Of a DNA stretch of 24,000 bases, positions 1 to 8,231 are shown one piece after another (the first letter of the stretch is position 1; each line of letters begins with the position of its first letter). The stretch is taken from NCBI RefSeq assembly GCF_020618475.1, contig NZ_CP085338.1:343416-367415 (forward strand), written 5' to 3'. The stretch is from Haladaptatus halobius. Its GTDB lineage: Archaea; Halobacteriota; Halobacteria; Halobacteriales; Haladaptataceae. Position numbers and translations under genes: made by a program. Under the pieces are notes generated by a model. The model did no database searches and was not told the DNA's origin. It saw only the letters and a program-made list of their open reading frames with translations.

Positions 1-425
1 ACGCATTTTTCTTTATCGGACGGCGTCTCGGCCATCCAGTTGCGCTCGAAGGGGCATTGAAGCTCAAAGAAATCTCCTATGATCATGCTGAGGGTTTCCC
101 AAGTGGAGAACTCAAGCACGGCCCACTTGCACTTGTGACCGATGAGACACCCGTGGTTGCGATCCTTACTGAGGGTACGAATGCCGACGAAACGCTCCAT
201 AACGTGAAAGAGGTCGAATCACGAGGTGCCCCTACTATTGGCGTCACATCAGCAACTGATCCGAATCCAGTATTCGATACAACACTTACGGTGCCAAAGG
301 TAGGGTTGATGGAACCTGTTGTCGCAAACGTCTATCTTCAGCTGTTCGCCTATCACATTGCAAAGCGGAAGGGCCGTTCCATTGACAAACCACGGAATCT
401 CGCCAAGAGCGTCACAGTTGAGTGA
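1..425 (+). CDS. glmS: glutamine--fructose-6-phosphate aminotransferase (isomerising), C-terminal fragment; the 5' end lies outside the window
   Basis: Frame 3 is open from nt 3. The translation ..FIGRRLGHPVALEGALKLKEISYDHAEGFPSGELKHGPLALV..DKPRNLAKSVTVE* matches the SIS-domain C-terminus of GlmS, including the conserved terminal KSVTVE. The TTG at 57 in the ORF track is internal. Confidence 0.93.
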   Translation, partial: AFFFIGRRLGHPVALEGALKLKEISYDHAEGFPSGELKHGPLALVTDETPVVAILTEGTNADETLHNVKEVESRGAPTIGVTSATDPNPVFDTTLTVPKVGLMEPVVANVYLQLFAYHIAKRKGRSIDKPRNLAKSVTVE

Positions 426-748
426 ACTACCCCGCCATTGAGGGCGGGGCTTCCTGCTTCCACGACACGCTTTTTTCCGGCGATGTGTCGCATAGAGAGC
501 GCAATCTCCACAGGCATTACGTTCGGACCGTCTCCTTCCTACCTGTTTGACGGTTCCGCTGGCGAACGTAGGAGACAGTGCATCCGTGTTCTTGGATTTG
601 AACGCAGTGCTACTCACCGACCGTCTTACTACCAGATTTGACTGCGAGGGGAGTAAGGCTAACCCGTACAATGAAAGTAACCTAAAGACGGCGTTGTCTC
701 CCCGCCTTGAAGGCCCATGTCAGGTTTTAGCGCCTGTATTCTACATAA
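422..748 (-). mobile_element. tnpB-less MITE derived from the IS1341-type family present at 6812-8346 (omega-RNA-like sense on the minus strand)
   Basis: 422-540 aligns with the right end of the IS at 6812-6930 (GTGAACTACCCC..GGGGCTTCCTGYTTCCACGACRCGC..AGCGCARTCTCC.CAGGCATT). The long stem there is replaced by the hairpin CCCCGCC-ATTGAG-GGCGGGG (430-449). 660-744 aligns with 9680-9762 (CCGTACARTGAAAGTAACC..AAGACGGCG..GC hairpin..GCCTG.ATTCTA). No credible ORF is present. Confidence 0.7.
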
Positions 749-1173
749 CCGATTCCTGACCGATTATTCGCTATCGTAGCTAACCATCTTACATCTTTTT
801 TGATGGAGTTGACATAAACACGTAGGAGGTGGAGTTTGTCAGATGAGACACCAATAAATAGGTCACAAGAAAGTAGCTTAGATCATGAATTTGTCAGTGT
901 ATACGATCATACGCTCAAAATACGAACAATAGGATATCTCGCTTTAGTGTAATAAATTACGCAACGAAACCATTCGATTTTCAATCTTCTTTTGAGGATG
1001 TGAATAAACAAGCAAACTTCCGCTACTGTATTCGCTTATCAACGAGTCTTTCTCAATGAAAATACAGATAATATATAAATAAACACTAATAGTAATAATC
1101 TTTTTTAACCCCTACGTTGTAGTGATCAATCAGGTAGTGTGAGAGACTACCAAGGAGGATTTAGGGAACGTCT

Positions 1174-1395
1174 ATGACATCAACTCAGCAAAGGAAGGGC
1201 AGTGGGACAAGTGTGCGCCCAGACAACAGACCCTATGCAGTCGTGGTTGCCTCAGATCGGGAGGGTGTAGATGTTGTCCTGCATGGGTTATCGGCTGACC
1301 AAGCAGAACAAATCACGACCCAAAAAAATCAGAATTTAGAGCGAGGCTTTTCAGCTCACGCCTTACCAGAAAATCAATTGAGCACCGCCAAGTGA
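1174..1395 (+). CDS. hypothetical small protein (73 aa)
   Basis: ATG ORF preceded by GGAGG (1154-1158). Its GC content is clearly higher than the AT-rich flanks. I recognise no family. The stop TGA lies inside the GTGACA terminus of the adjacent IS remnant. Confidence 0.45.
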   Translation: MTSTQQRKGSGTSVRPDNRPYAVVVASDREGVDVVLHGLSADQAEQITTQKNQNLERGFSAHALPENQLSTAK

Positions 1396-2085
1396 CATCC
1401 TCCCCGTCGTAAACGACGGGGCTTCCCACAACAGTGGGATTCCGGCAATGCCGTAGGTTTCAGTTCGAATACGCCGAGAGCGTCATCTGTCCGGTTCTCG
1501 AACTCGTCTCCCGGTGGACTGTGGCGGTGTCACTACCGCTCCCATCCTGTGGCGTGTCATCGCGTTCCGGTTTCCAAGGAACGCTCTCACCCCACGGGTC
1601 TACGCGTCCGGCGATATTCGTCGCTGCGTTAATATCTGCTTGGAACTCCGATACGTGGCAGTCGTCGTTCGTACATCGGAACTCAGCTTGCGAACCACGC
1701 CGTCCGATGTGGCCGCAGTCATGACACGTCTGGGACATGTATGCCGGATTCACGAACCGGACTGGTATTCCCACCTCGGTTGCTTTGTCCTCGATACGAC
1801 CCTGTAGCCGTGCAAAGGCTCATGCGTGAAGACGCCGATTCATGTACTTGCTGTAGTCCAACCGCTCGCGGATAAACGACAAGTCTTCGAGGACAATAAC
1901 GGGATTCTCTCGCTGTTTAAAGATAGAACCTTCGTTTGACAATACGTCATAATAGCAGAGGGTTCTGTTCTGTGGTCTCTTTTCCACAACACCGTTGAGA
2001 CTTTGCTGATGAGTTCATCTTTCCGGTAGAGAAGAAGCTCCGGCCTTGATGGCGGAGAAAAGTATCCAAAGGTATTCATTTCCAA
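1392..2085 (-). pseudogene. tnpB: 5'-truncated, disrupted IS1341-type tnpB (second subfamily) with a retained right end
   Basis: The minus-strand translation reads ..NPVIVLEDLSFIRERLDYSKYMNRRLHA*AFARLQGRIEDKATEVGIPVRFVNPAYMSQTCHDCGHIGRRGSQAEFRCTNDDCHVSEFQADINAATNIAGR... This covers RuvC-II E, the CxxC..C zinc finger and RuvC-III D. An in-frame TGA at 1820-1822 sits where TnpB proteins carry Trp. The frame changes upstream of ~1990 and the N-terminal half is absent. The terminus is GTGACATCCTCC plus the hairpin CCCCGTCG-TAAA-CGACGGGG (1402-1421). Confidence 0.85.
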
Positions 2086-2571
2086 ATACCGGATATGAAG
2101 ATAAGAGGATGATTTAGTTTAATTTTTGCTTTAGGTAACTAAAGTACGATTAGCAATAAGAGTAGCATAGACCAACTGATAAATGCTAGCCAGCCTGAAA
2201 CGACCAATCCCTGCCAAAAGCTACCTGACTCTTGGGGTGATCGATCTACTGAGTTTGGATTTTGGTTTGACCAACGATGAGCAAGAATGGTTTCGTACTC
2301 TCGTTCAATTTTCCAGTGGTCCATAGAAATAAATTGACGCCTTTAGTTTTAATTATTCCCCTAATTGTATTTCAGATGGTGCAGCAGGTTATAGATATGT
2401 TTATACTAATAAATATAAAACGTGTACTATTTTCTCACTGAAGCGATCGAGTTGGGTTAAACTGATTCTGATACACTTTTTAACGCATGGTAGCGTTGCA
2501 CTGCCAATGCCGTCGGTCATGAACCCTAGATTCCCAACCATCCGAATCGACGGGAGTAACATTAGAACCTC

Positions 2572-2607
2572 GGGAAGCCCCGCCCTTTAGGGCGGGGAGG
2601 ATGTCAC
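2572..2607 (+). repeat. solo right end (GTGACA subfamily) of an IS1341-type element or MITE; the body may extend left to ~2470
   Basis: GGGAAGCCCCGCCCTTTAGGGCGGGGAGGATGTCAC is the reverse complement of the terminus at 1392-1427. It contains the perfect hairpin CCCCGCCC-TTTA-GGGCGGGG (2578-2597). It overlaps the last 7 codons of the 478-aa gene. Confidence 0.75.
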
Positions 2608-4023
2608 TGTCGAAGTATCGTTTCCACCGTCTGTCGGCGGCCGATGATCGGAGTTCGGCCGTTCACCACATGATCCAAGGACGAAGAAGTTGGAGTAGGC
2701 GACATAGCGATACGTAAGGGTCGAGCCAGATGGGTATGTAGCTGTATAGATGTTTCCGTCGGATACAACAGGTGTGCCGGCTGCCGGTGGGTTTTCAGGG
2801 GACGTTTCGAGATCACTACTATCAAGTAGATACGCCCATGTTTGGTCACCTGTCTCTAGATCGAGCGCATAGATCACCGCTCGACCATTCCATTGGTTCG
2901 AAGCTGGCGTATAGCGACCACCGACGTATACTGTTTCGTCGGCAATGGCGGGACTGCTGAAGTATGATCCGTCCAGATTTGTCGTCCATAGTAGTGCGCC
3001 TGTCTCCGCATCCAGTGCCTTCACGATCGATTCGTCGTCGTTTGAATTGAGAAGGAGCACGTATCCGTCTGCGACTGCGAGTTGTCCATCCCATCTATTA
3101 CTGCCGTTGGATTCATACGTCCAAACGACCGTCCCATCGTCTGCTGACCGCGCTGTCACGCTGACCCTGTCATCGTCCCCGACGACAAACTCGGTTCGAA
3201 TATAGTACACCGTCCCGTCATTGACTGCGTGATTTCCAAGCGTTACTTGGTCATCAGCTACACGCCACTTTACTGATCCATTTGAAGCGTTTAATGCAGT
3301 TCCGTCTGCGAAAAAGATGGTTTCATCGCTGTAGCTTAATGCTGCGCCGACGCCGTCCACGAGACCTCCGACATTACTTTTTTTCCAGGCGGTGCCACCC
3401 GTCGTTTGGTCAAGTGCATATGCAGCGTTGCCGTTCGCTGTGTATACATGACCCTCCGTCACAATGGGGTTGGCCCACTCTCGGGTCTCGGTTCGGCTCC
3501 ACTCTGTCTCGCCAGTTTCGGCGTTGAGCGCGTAGAAACCACCTACGTCGGCGTCAGGAGTCGACGGCACTCTCGTTGCAAAATAAAGCATTCCATTGTC
3601 GAACTCAGGCGTCCGCGGCGCAGGCAGATCCGTTCGTTTCCACTGCTGGTCTCCAGTCTCGACATCATATGCACCGATATAGCCCTGGCTTTTCGAAGGA
3701 TCGTTGTCCGTCATGACGGCGAGATAAACTATTTCATTGGTTCCATTGACAGCAATGGGCTCAATGTTGTACATGCTACCATTGAGGTCCATTTTCCAAT
3801 CGGTCGTTGGGAATGGTGTTAGGCCATCTTTGGGAATTGCACCTGTTCGCCCTTGATTTGCCCGAACAGTTGTCCAGCTATCAGATGATTCTCGTCCGTC
3901 GACTGTTTTGCGTGCAACGGCAGTAGTTCCTTCGTAGCCCATGCCGCCCATCGCGATACCCACCGTTTTCAGGAACGTTCGTCGGCTATTTCGACCACTC
4001 CGCCTCCGTTGTTTCCAACTCAT
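2587..4023 (-). CDS. Tat-secreted PQQ-like (BamB/YVTN-type) beta-propeller repeat protein
   Basis: The N-terminus carries a twin-arginine motif (NSRRTFLKTVGIAMGG). The body is made of repeated ..G.VY....DG.L.ALDA.TG...W blades, for example ALNAETGETEWS, ALDAETGALLWT and ALDLETGDQTWA. The last 6 codons are read from the repeat at 2572-2607. Confidence 0.85.
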   Translation of the reverse strand: MSWKQRRRSGRNSRRTFLKTVGIAMGGMGYEGTTAVARKTVDGRESSDSWTTVRANQGRTGAIPKDGLTPFPTTDWKMDLNGSMYNIEPIAVNGTNEIVYLAVMTDNDPSKSQGYIGAYDVETGDQQWKRTDLPAPRTPEFDNGMLYFATRVPSTPDADVGGFYALNAETGETEWSRTETREWANPIVTEGHVYTANGNAAYALDQTTGGTAWKKSNVGGLVDGVGAALSYSDETIFFADGTALNASNGSVKWRVADDQVTLGNHAVNDGTVYYIRTEFVVGDDDRVSVTARSADDGTVVWTYESNGSNRWDGQLAVADGYVLLLNSNDDESIVKALDAETGALLWTTNLDGSYFSSPAIADETVYVGGRYTPASNQWNGRAVIYALDLETGDQTWAYLLDSSDLETSPENPPAAGTPVVSDGNIYTATYPSGSTLTYRYVAYSNFFVLGSCGERPNSDHRPPTDGGNDTSTVTSSPP

Positions 4024-4472
4024 GTGGTAATAGTTAAAACAAGACTATCTCACTTTGTTATGGGCTGCTTGAATAGTAAAAACATGAACTGTAGATGTTA
4101 TCTTCGGTTATCAACGTACATAATCAATGGAAATGACGAATGAAAACCCGAATCAACGTAGAATAGAGTTCCGCAATAAAATAACAGAAGCCAGTCTTAT
4201 TCTCAAGCTAAATGTTCAGTCTATCCAAATTAATTTTCTTTTTCAACTCTAATATCTAGCGTAGGGTCCGTAGAACAATCTTCCTTTCTTCATATGATTG
4301 TACCATGGATTGGAGTAAAACTACCGACGATAAAATTGATGCAATCAGTTCGACTGATCAGAGTCGCCCCGTGAAAAATTTCGATGACGAAAAACCCCAG
4401 GTGTCCAAAGACGCCAGTTGCTACTCAAGCAGCCAAACTATCGCTACAAATTCATTGAAGGAGGTGATGTGA

Positions 4473-6815
4473 ATGCCGACGTACGATATCGTTGAGCAAG
4501 GCGCAAACAACTCCGGAAACGCGGCAATTGACCCCGTTCTCAACAACCTTGTCGGCAGCAATACGACCATCATCTTTCCGCCAGGCACCTACCTGCTTAA
4601 CGAACTCATAGTTCAGTCCGGCACTGATAACCTTAAACTCATCGCGCCAGACGGCGCGCGTCTCGTTCCGGGTCAGTCAGGCGATAACGTGCGGTGGCTA
4701 GATGTCTACTCGAGTGGGTTCGTACTTGATGGATTCGAACTCGATATGCGAAATATACTGGTTCCACCTTTCGTGCGAATGAACTCTAGTGCTGGTAATT
4801 GGGAACTCAGGCGACTCATTACTCGTGGGAAAGTTCCGGCAGCTACAGACACTAACGTTGGATCGAATAGTTCGAGCGATGCACGGACGTACTTCCGCCT
4901 GTCAGCAGCTGCGGGAACACGCGGTCTCTTACAAGATTGTTACTTCCACGCGGGATCGTGCGCGCCGACTGAAGCAAGTAATCGCCGGGCAATCCTGATC
5001 GAATCATCGAAAGGTGCACTCACGTTGAACCGCTGTTGGTTCCAGCATTGGGGCGAGAACACGATTTATGCGAAGAAACCAGAAGGTAGTCTCAAAATTC
5101 TAAACTCTTTCTTCAGGAATTCGCAAAATGGTCTACGGCTTGGCGGTAACACAGAGGTTCGTAACTGTGTCTCAATTAAAAATAACGAGCATCCACGGTC
5201 GGCGTGGTCGAATGGGGCCATCCAACGTGGCGTTAACGCGGAGGCCATCGATCCAGCGAATTCGTCGGCAGGCATCAATAGCTATGACGGAACGCTAACC
5301 ATCGCCGATTGCGACTTCTACCACCGCTATTTAGCCAGCAGTTGTGGCGGGGCGATTACGGCACCTGTTACATGCCAGCGCATCGATATCCAGCGCGTCC
5401 GAATCAGCTATGAGTCCACAAAGAATCACGATGCAATCTACACGTATGAGGGGAGGATGGAAGACGGTACGCTCGCGAACCTTGAATATCTCCAACTTGA
5501 GGACGTCCACGTCCGTAATGATCACAGCTCAGAATACGCTATCTACATCGGACAGGTACCAGACACGTGGGGGACAGTGTCTGGCGTCTTAGGCGGAAGC
5601 GGTCCCCAAACTAACTCCTCCGTCATTAGTGAGCGAATGACTGTTAACGGCAATCCACAGTCACCAAACCGAACCCCGCCACTCCGGAGTCCGCCACCAC
5701 TTGGGGAGGTGCCGATGCAGTCGGCACAGCTCGTTCGAATTGATAACACCGGTAATGAAACACCGACATCCTACCAAATTACAGCTGGCGAGGATGTTCT
5801 TCCGGCGGGGAACGACGGTGCAACGATACCAACGTCTTGGGGGCCAGACGGAGGGCCACAGCGGCCGCCGAATTCAACAGAAGCCACTGGAACAGTTCCG
5901 GCAGGGAAAACGTATGCATTCTACGTCACTGGCGGTATCGTCGCCACTGAGGCCGACGGGCCAGCGACCTGGATTATCGATGGGGCAATCTATGATCCGA
6001 ACGCTGCAAATGGTTTCACCACGAGCACCATTTCTGGCGAGCAGCCGACTCGTGATCTCTGGCATCATATTGAGACTGGTGTCCAACAGCCTCGTGTCAT
6101 CTGTGCAAAGCCCCTCTCGTTCAACGGGAGTCATCCTGCTCACACTCGCCTACGGAACGTTACCGAGAGTGGTTTTGAGTATAAACTCGAAGAATGGTCG
6201 TATCTCGATGGACGACATGGAAGAGAAATGTTCCACATGCTTGCCGTGGAACCAACTGAACATGAGTTCCAACTGAGCGATGGGACATGGTATCGGATGA
6301 AAGCTGGAACTGCGTCTGTTTCCACCACTTTCACTACTGTCTCGCTGGCAGACTTTTTCGGCACAGCGACACCGGTAGTCCTGGCGCAGGCCCAAACGTT
6401 AAACGGTCCGGATCCAATCGTTACACGACTAACGGATGTCTCAAGTAGTTCGTTCAGGGTACGTGTCCAAGAAGAAGAACAGAACGCCACTACTTCGCAT
6501 ACTAGTGAGACAGTCGGCTATATCGCGCTCCAGCAAGGGACGGGGCAACTCAACGGCAGACCATTTGAGGTAGCACGAACCGGAACAACGGTCACCGATC
6601 AATGGTCTCGGATCTCCTTCCAGCAACAGTATGATGCGCCCCAGTTTATTGCCAATCTGCAAACGTTCATCGGCCCTGATACGGCAAATCTGCGCTACCG
6701 AAATCTCACTGGAACTGGCGTTGAGGTCAAGGTCGAAGAAGAGCAAAGTGCCGACACTGAAACGGCTCATGCCGCGGAATCGATCGGATATGTTGTCTTT
6801 GACGGTTCTGTGTGA
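4473..6815 (+). CDS. right-handed parallel beta-helix (pectate-lyase-fold) protein with three C-terminal ~55-90-aa repeat modules; function unknown
   Basis: The N-terminus YDIVEQGANNSGNAAIDPVLNNLVGSNTTIIFPPGTYLL resembles the start of pectate-lyase-superfamily proteins. No signal peptide is evident. The C-terminal third holds three copies of the pattern P.(V/F)(I/V).A....(F/L).G.D......R..(N/D)(V/L)T..GF.(V/Y)(K/R)(L/V).EE......H..E..GY(I/V)A. Confidence 0.8.
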   Translation: MPTYDIVEQGANNSGNAAIDPVLNNLVGSNTTIIFPPGTYLLNELIVQSGTDNLKLIAPDGARLVPGQSGDNVRWLDVYSSGFVLDGFELDMRNILVPPFVRMNSSAGNWELRRLITRGKVPAATDTNVGSNSSSDARTYFRLSAAAGTRGLLQDCYFHAGSCAPTEASNRRAILIESSKGALTLNRCWFQHWGENTIYAKKPEGSLKILNSFFRNSQNGLRLGGNTEVRNCVSIKNNEHPRSAWSNGAIQRGVNAEAIDPANSSAGINSYDGTLTIADCDFYHRYLASSCGGAITAPVTCQRIDIQRVRISYESTKNHDAIYTYEGRMEDGTLANLEYLQLEDVHVRNDHSSEYAIYIGQVPDTWGTVSGVLGGSGPQTNSSVISERMTVNGNPQSPNRTPPLRSPPPLGEVPMQSAQLVRIDNTGNETPTSYQITAGEDVLPAGNDGATIPTSWGPDGGPQRPPNSTEATGTVPAGKTYAFYVTGGIVATEADGPATWIIDGAIYDPNAANGFTTSTISGEQPTRDLWHHIETGVQQPRVICAKPLSFNGSHPAHTRLRNVTESGFEYKLEEWSYLDGRHGREMFHMLAVEPTEHEFQLSDGTWYRMKAGTASVSTTFTTVSLADFFGTATPVVLAQAQTLNGPDPIVTRLTDVSSSSFRVRVQEEEQNATTSHTSETVGYIALQQGTGQLNGRPFEVARTGTTVTDQWSRISFQQQYDAPQFIANLQTFIGPDTANLRYRNLTGTGVEVKVEEEQSADTETAHAAESIGYVVFDGSV

Positions 6816-7000
6816 ACTACCCCACCCTGCTCGGCCTGACGGCCTCGCTGCAGACGGGGCTTCCTGTTTCCACGACGCGCTTTGCAGACACAACCGTGTC
6901 CGTAGGGAGCGCAGTCTCCGCAGGCATTGAATCGGGGTGAACCACCCCTACTTGATCAAGTCCGCGAGCAAGGATGTTGTAGGCGGCGTTGAGGTCGTGG
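6796..7000 (-). ncRNA. predicted omega-RNA (reRNA/sotRNA) scaffold overlapping the tnpB 3' end, plus ~16 nt of flanking guide
   Basis: In IS200/IS605 TnpB systems the guide RNA comes from the tnpB 3' end and RE and reads into the flank. This segment is the part conserved in the tnpB-less copies at 422, 13651 and 16262-16443. Both the 5' boundary and expression are unverified. Confidence 0.45.
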
Positions 7001-8043
7001 TTCACCTCGAATTCGCATGAGGGACACGAGTGCTCGCGCACCCACAATGGTTTCTCGGTTTCGACGCCGCACGAAGAACACTCCTTCGTCGTCCCGCGTG
7101 GATCGACGGCAACGAAGTGCGTTCCTTCGCGTTCGCACTTGTATTCGAGCATCTGAAGGAACGTCCCCCACGCGGCTCCCGCCCGGTTGCGGCTGTTCGA
7201 CGGGAGTTCCATCAGGCCCTTGGCGTCGAGGTCTTCGACCGCTACGAGGTCGTACTCCCGAGCGTAGTACGCTGAGAGCTTGTGAAGAAAGTCGCGGCGT
7301 TTTCGCTTCAGGTCGGCGTGGCGGCGGGCGACGACCCGTTGTTGCTTGCGGTAGTTCGCCGAACCGTGCTCCTTCCGAGATAGATTCCTTTGTGCGCGTT
7401 CCAACCGATCGCGTTCCTCGGAAAGGTCGGGACCTTCGACGGCGGTTCCGTCGCTGTCGTGGGCATACATCAGAATCCCCACGTCGATCCCGACGCACTT
7501 CTTGGGCTTCTCGGGCTTTGGTGGCGCGTCGTTCTCGGTTTCGAGTCCGAGGACGGCGAACCACTCGCCCGTGGGTTCCTGCTTCACGACGACCTCTTTG
7601 ATCGTCGCGTCGTCGGGAACCTCGCGGTGGTAGATCATCGGAATATCGCCGATCTTGGAAAGAGAGAGTACAGGTCGACCGCTCGTGTTGTTGAGCTTGA
7701 AGCCGGTTTGACTGTACTTGATCGAGCGATACTCCTGTGGGGCTTTCCACCGAAGTTCGCCGACTCGGTAGCCGTTGTCCTTCCGTCCCTTCAGCGTCGA
7801 GAGGTTGTCGTATAACCGCTGAACGACTTTCTGAAGGACCTTCGAGTGAACGTCCTTCAGATCGGTCCACTCGCGTTTGAGGTCCGGGAGAAGCTTCTGC
7901 TCGGAGTAGGCGGAGGTTCCGTCTACTCGGTTGAGTCGGTGAAGGAAGTGATTGTAGACCTGCCGGCAGGTATCGACGGTCCACGCTAACCGCTCGTGGA
8001 GTTCGTCGGTCGGTTTGAGCCGATACCTGTAGTTATAGCGCAT
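6817..8043 (-). CDS. tnpB: RNA-guided endonuclease TnpB (IS1341-type accessory protein), apparently intact
   Basis: 408 aa. RuvC-I (CVGIDVGI), RuvC-II (LVAVEDLD), the zinc finger (CSSCG..CPSCE) and RuvC-III (NHDLNAAYNI) are all present. The C-terminal ..VSAKRVVETGSP.. tail is typical of haloarchaeal TnpB. The stop TAG is 5 nt from the element end. Confidence 0.93.
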   Translation of the reverse strand: MRYNYRYRLKPTDELHERLAWTVDTCRQVYNHFLHRLNRVDGTSAYSEQKLLPDLKREWTDLKDVHSKVLQKVVQRLYDNLSTLKGRKDNGYRVGELRWKAPQEYRSIKYSQTGFKLNNTSGRPVLSLSKIGDIPMIYHREVPDDATIKEVVVKQEPTGEWFAVLGLETENDAPPKPEKPKKCVGIDVGILMYAHDSDGTAVEGPDLSEERDRLERAQRNLSRKEHGSANYRKQQRVVARRHADLKRKRRDFLHKLSAYYAREYDLVAVEDLDAKGLMELPSNSRNRAGAAWGTFLQMLEYKCEREGTHFVAVDPRGTTKECSSCGVETEKPLWVREHSCPSCEFEVNHDLNAAYNILARGLDQVGVVHPDSMPAETALPTDTVVSAKRVVETGSPVCSEAVRPSRVG

Positions 8044-8046
8044 GGC

Positions 8047-8199
8047 CTACTCGCCTGAATCGGCGTCGGGTTCGGAAACTCGAACGACCTTCACGTCCGC
8101 TCCGATCCACCGTTTCGGGACGAGGACGTGCGCGCCGTTGCCGACCGCGCGAACGTCTCGGTCGAGAACTTCGTAGCCCTCGATTTCGTGCCGATCCAT
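8047..8199 (-). CDS. DUF2080-like transposon-associated small protein (AbrB/SpoVT-like fold suspected), 50 aa
   Basis: Found by hand because it falls below the ORF-track cutoff: MDRHEIEGYEVLDRDVRAVGNGAHVLVPKRWIGADVKVVRVSEPDADSGE*. The G.G..V.VPK.WIG..V.V pattern matches the small archaeal ORFs found upstream of IS1341-type tnpB. Its stop lies 3 nt before the tnpB ATG (TAG-GCC-ATG). Confidence 0.75.
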   Translation of the reverse strand: MDRHEIEGYEVLDRDVRAVGNGAHVLVPKRWIGADVKVVRVSEPDADSGE

Positions 8200-8200
8200 T

Positions 8201-8231
8201 AACTGCGTATATACGCAGTTGTGACTTAAAT
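8201..8231 (-). promoter_or_regulatory. perfect 20-bp palindrome (candidate operator) plus a TATA-like box upstream of the DUF2080-tnpB operon
   Basis: AACTGCGTATATACGCAGTT (8201-8220) is its own reverse complement and abuts the start codon at 8199. ATTTAAG (minus strand, 8225-8231) lies ~29 nt upstream of the ATG, which would suit a leaderless transcript. Confidence 0.45.

Noticed and set aside
2139-2324. 61-aa minus-strand ORF with a hydrophobic C-terminus
   Set aside because: It lies in very AT-rich DNA and has no recognisable family or ribosome-binding or promoter signal. The evidence is too weak to report as a gene.
6956-7984. 342-aa (-) ORF and the 194-aa and 141-aa (+) ORFs inside tnpB
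   Set aside because: These are shadow frames of the tnpB gene and are extremely Arg-rich. The tnpB frame has all the catalytic motifs.
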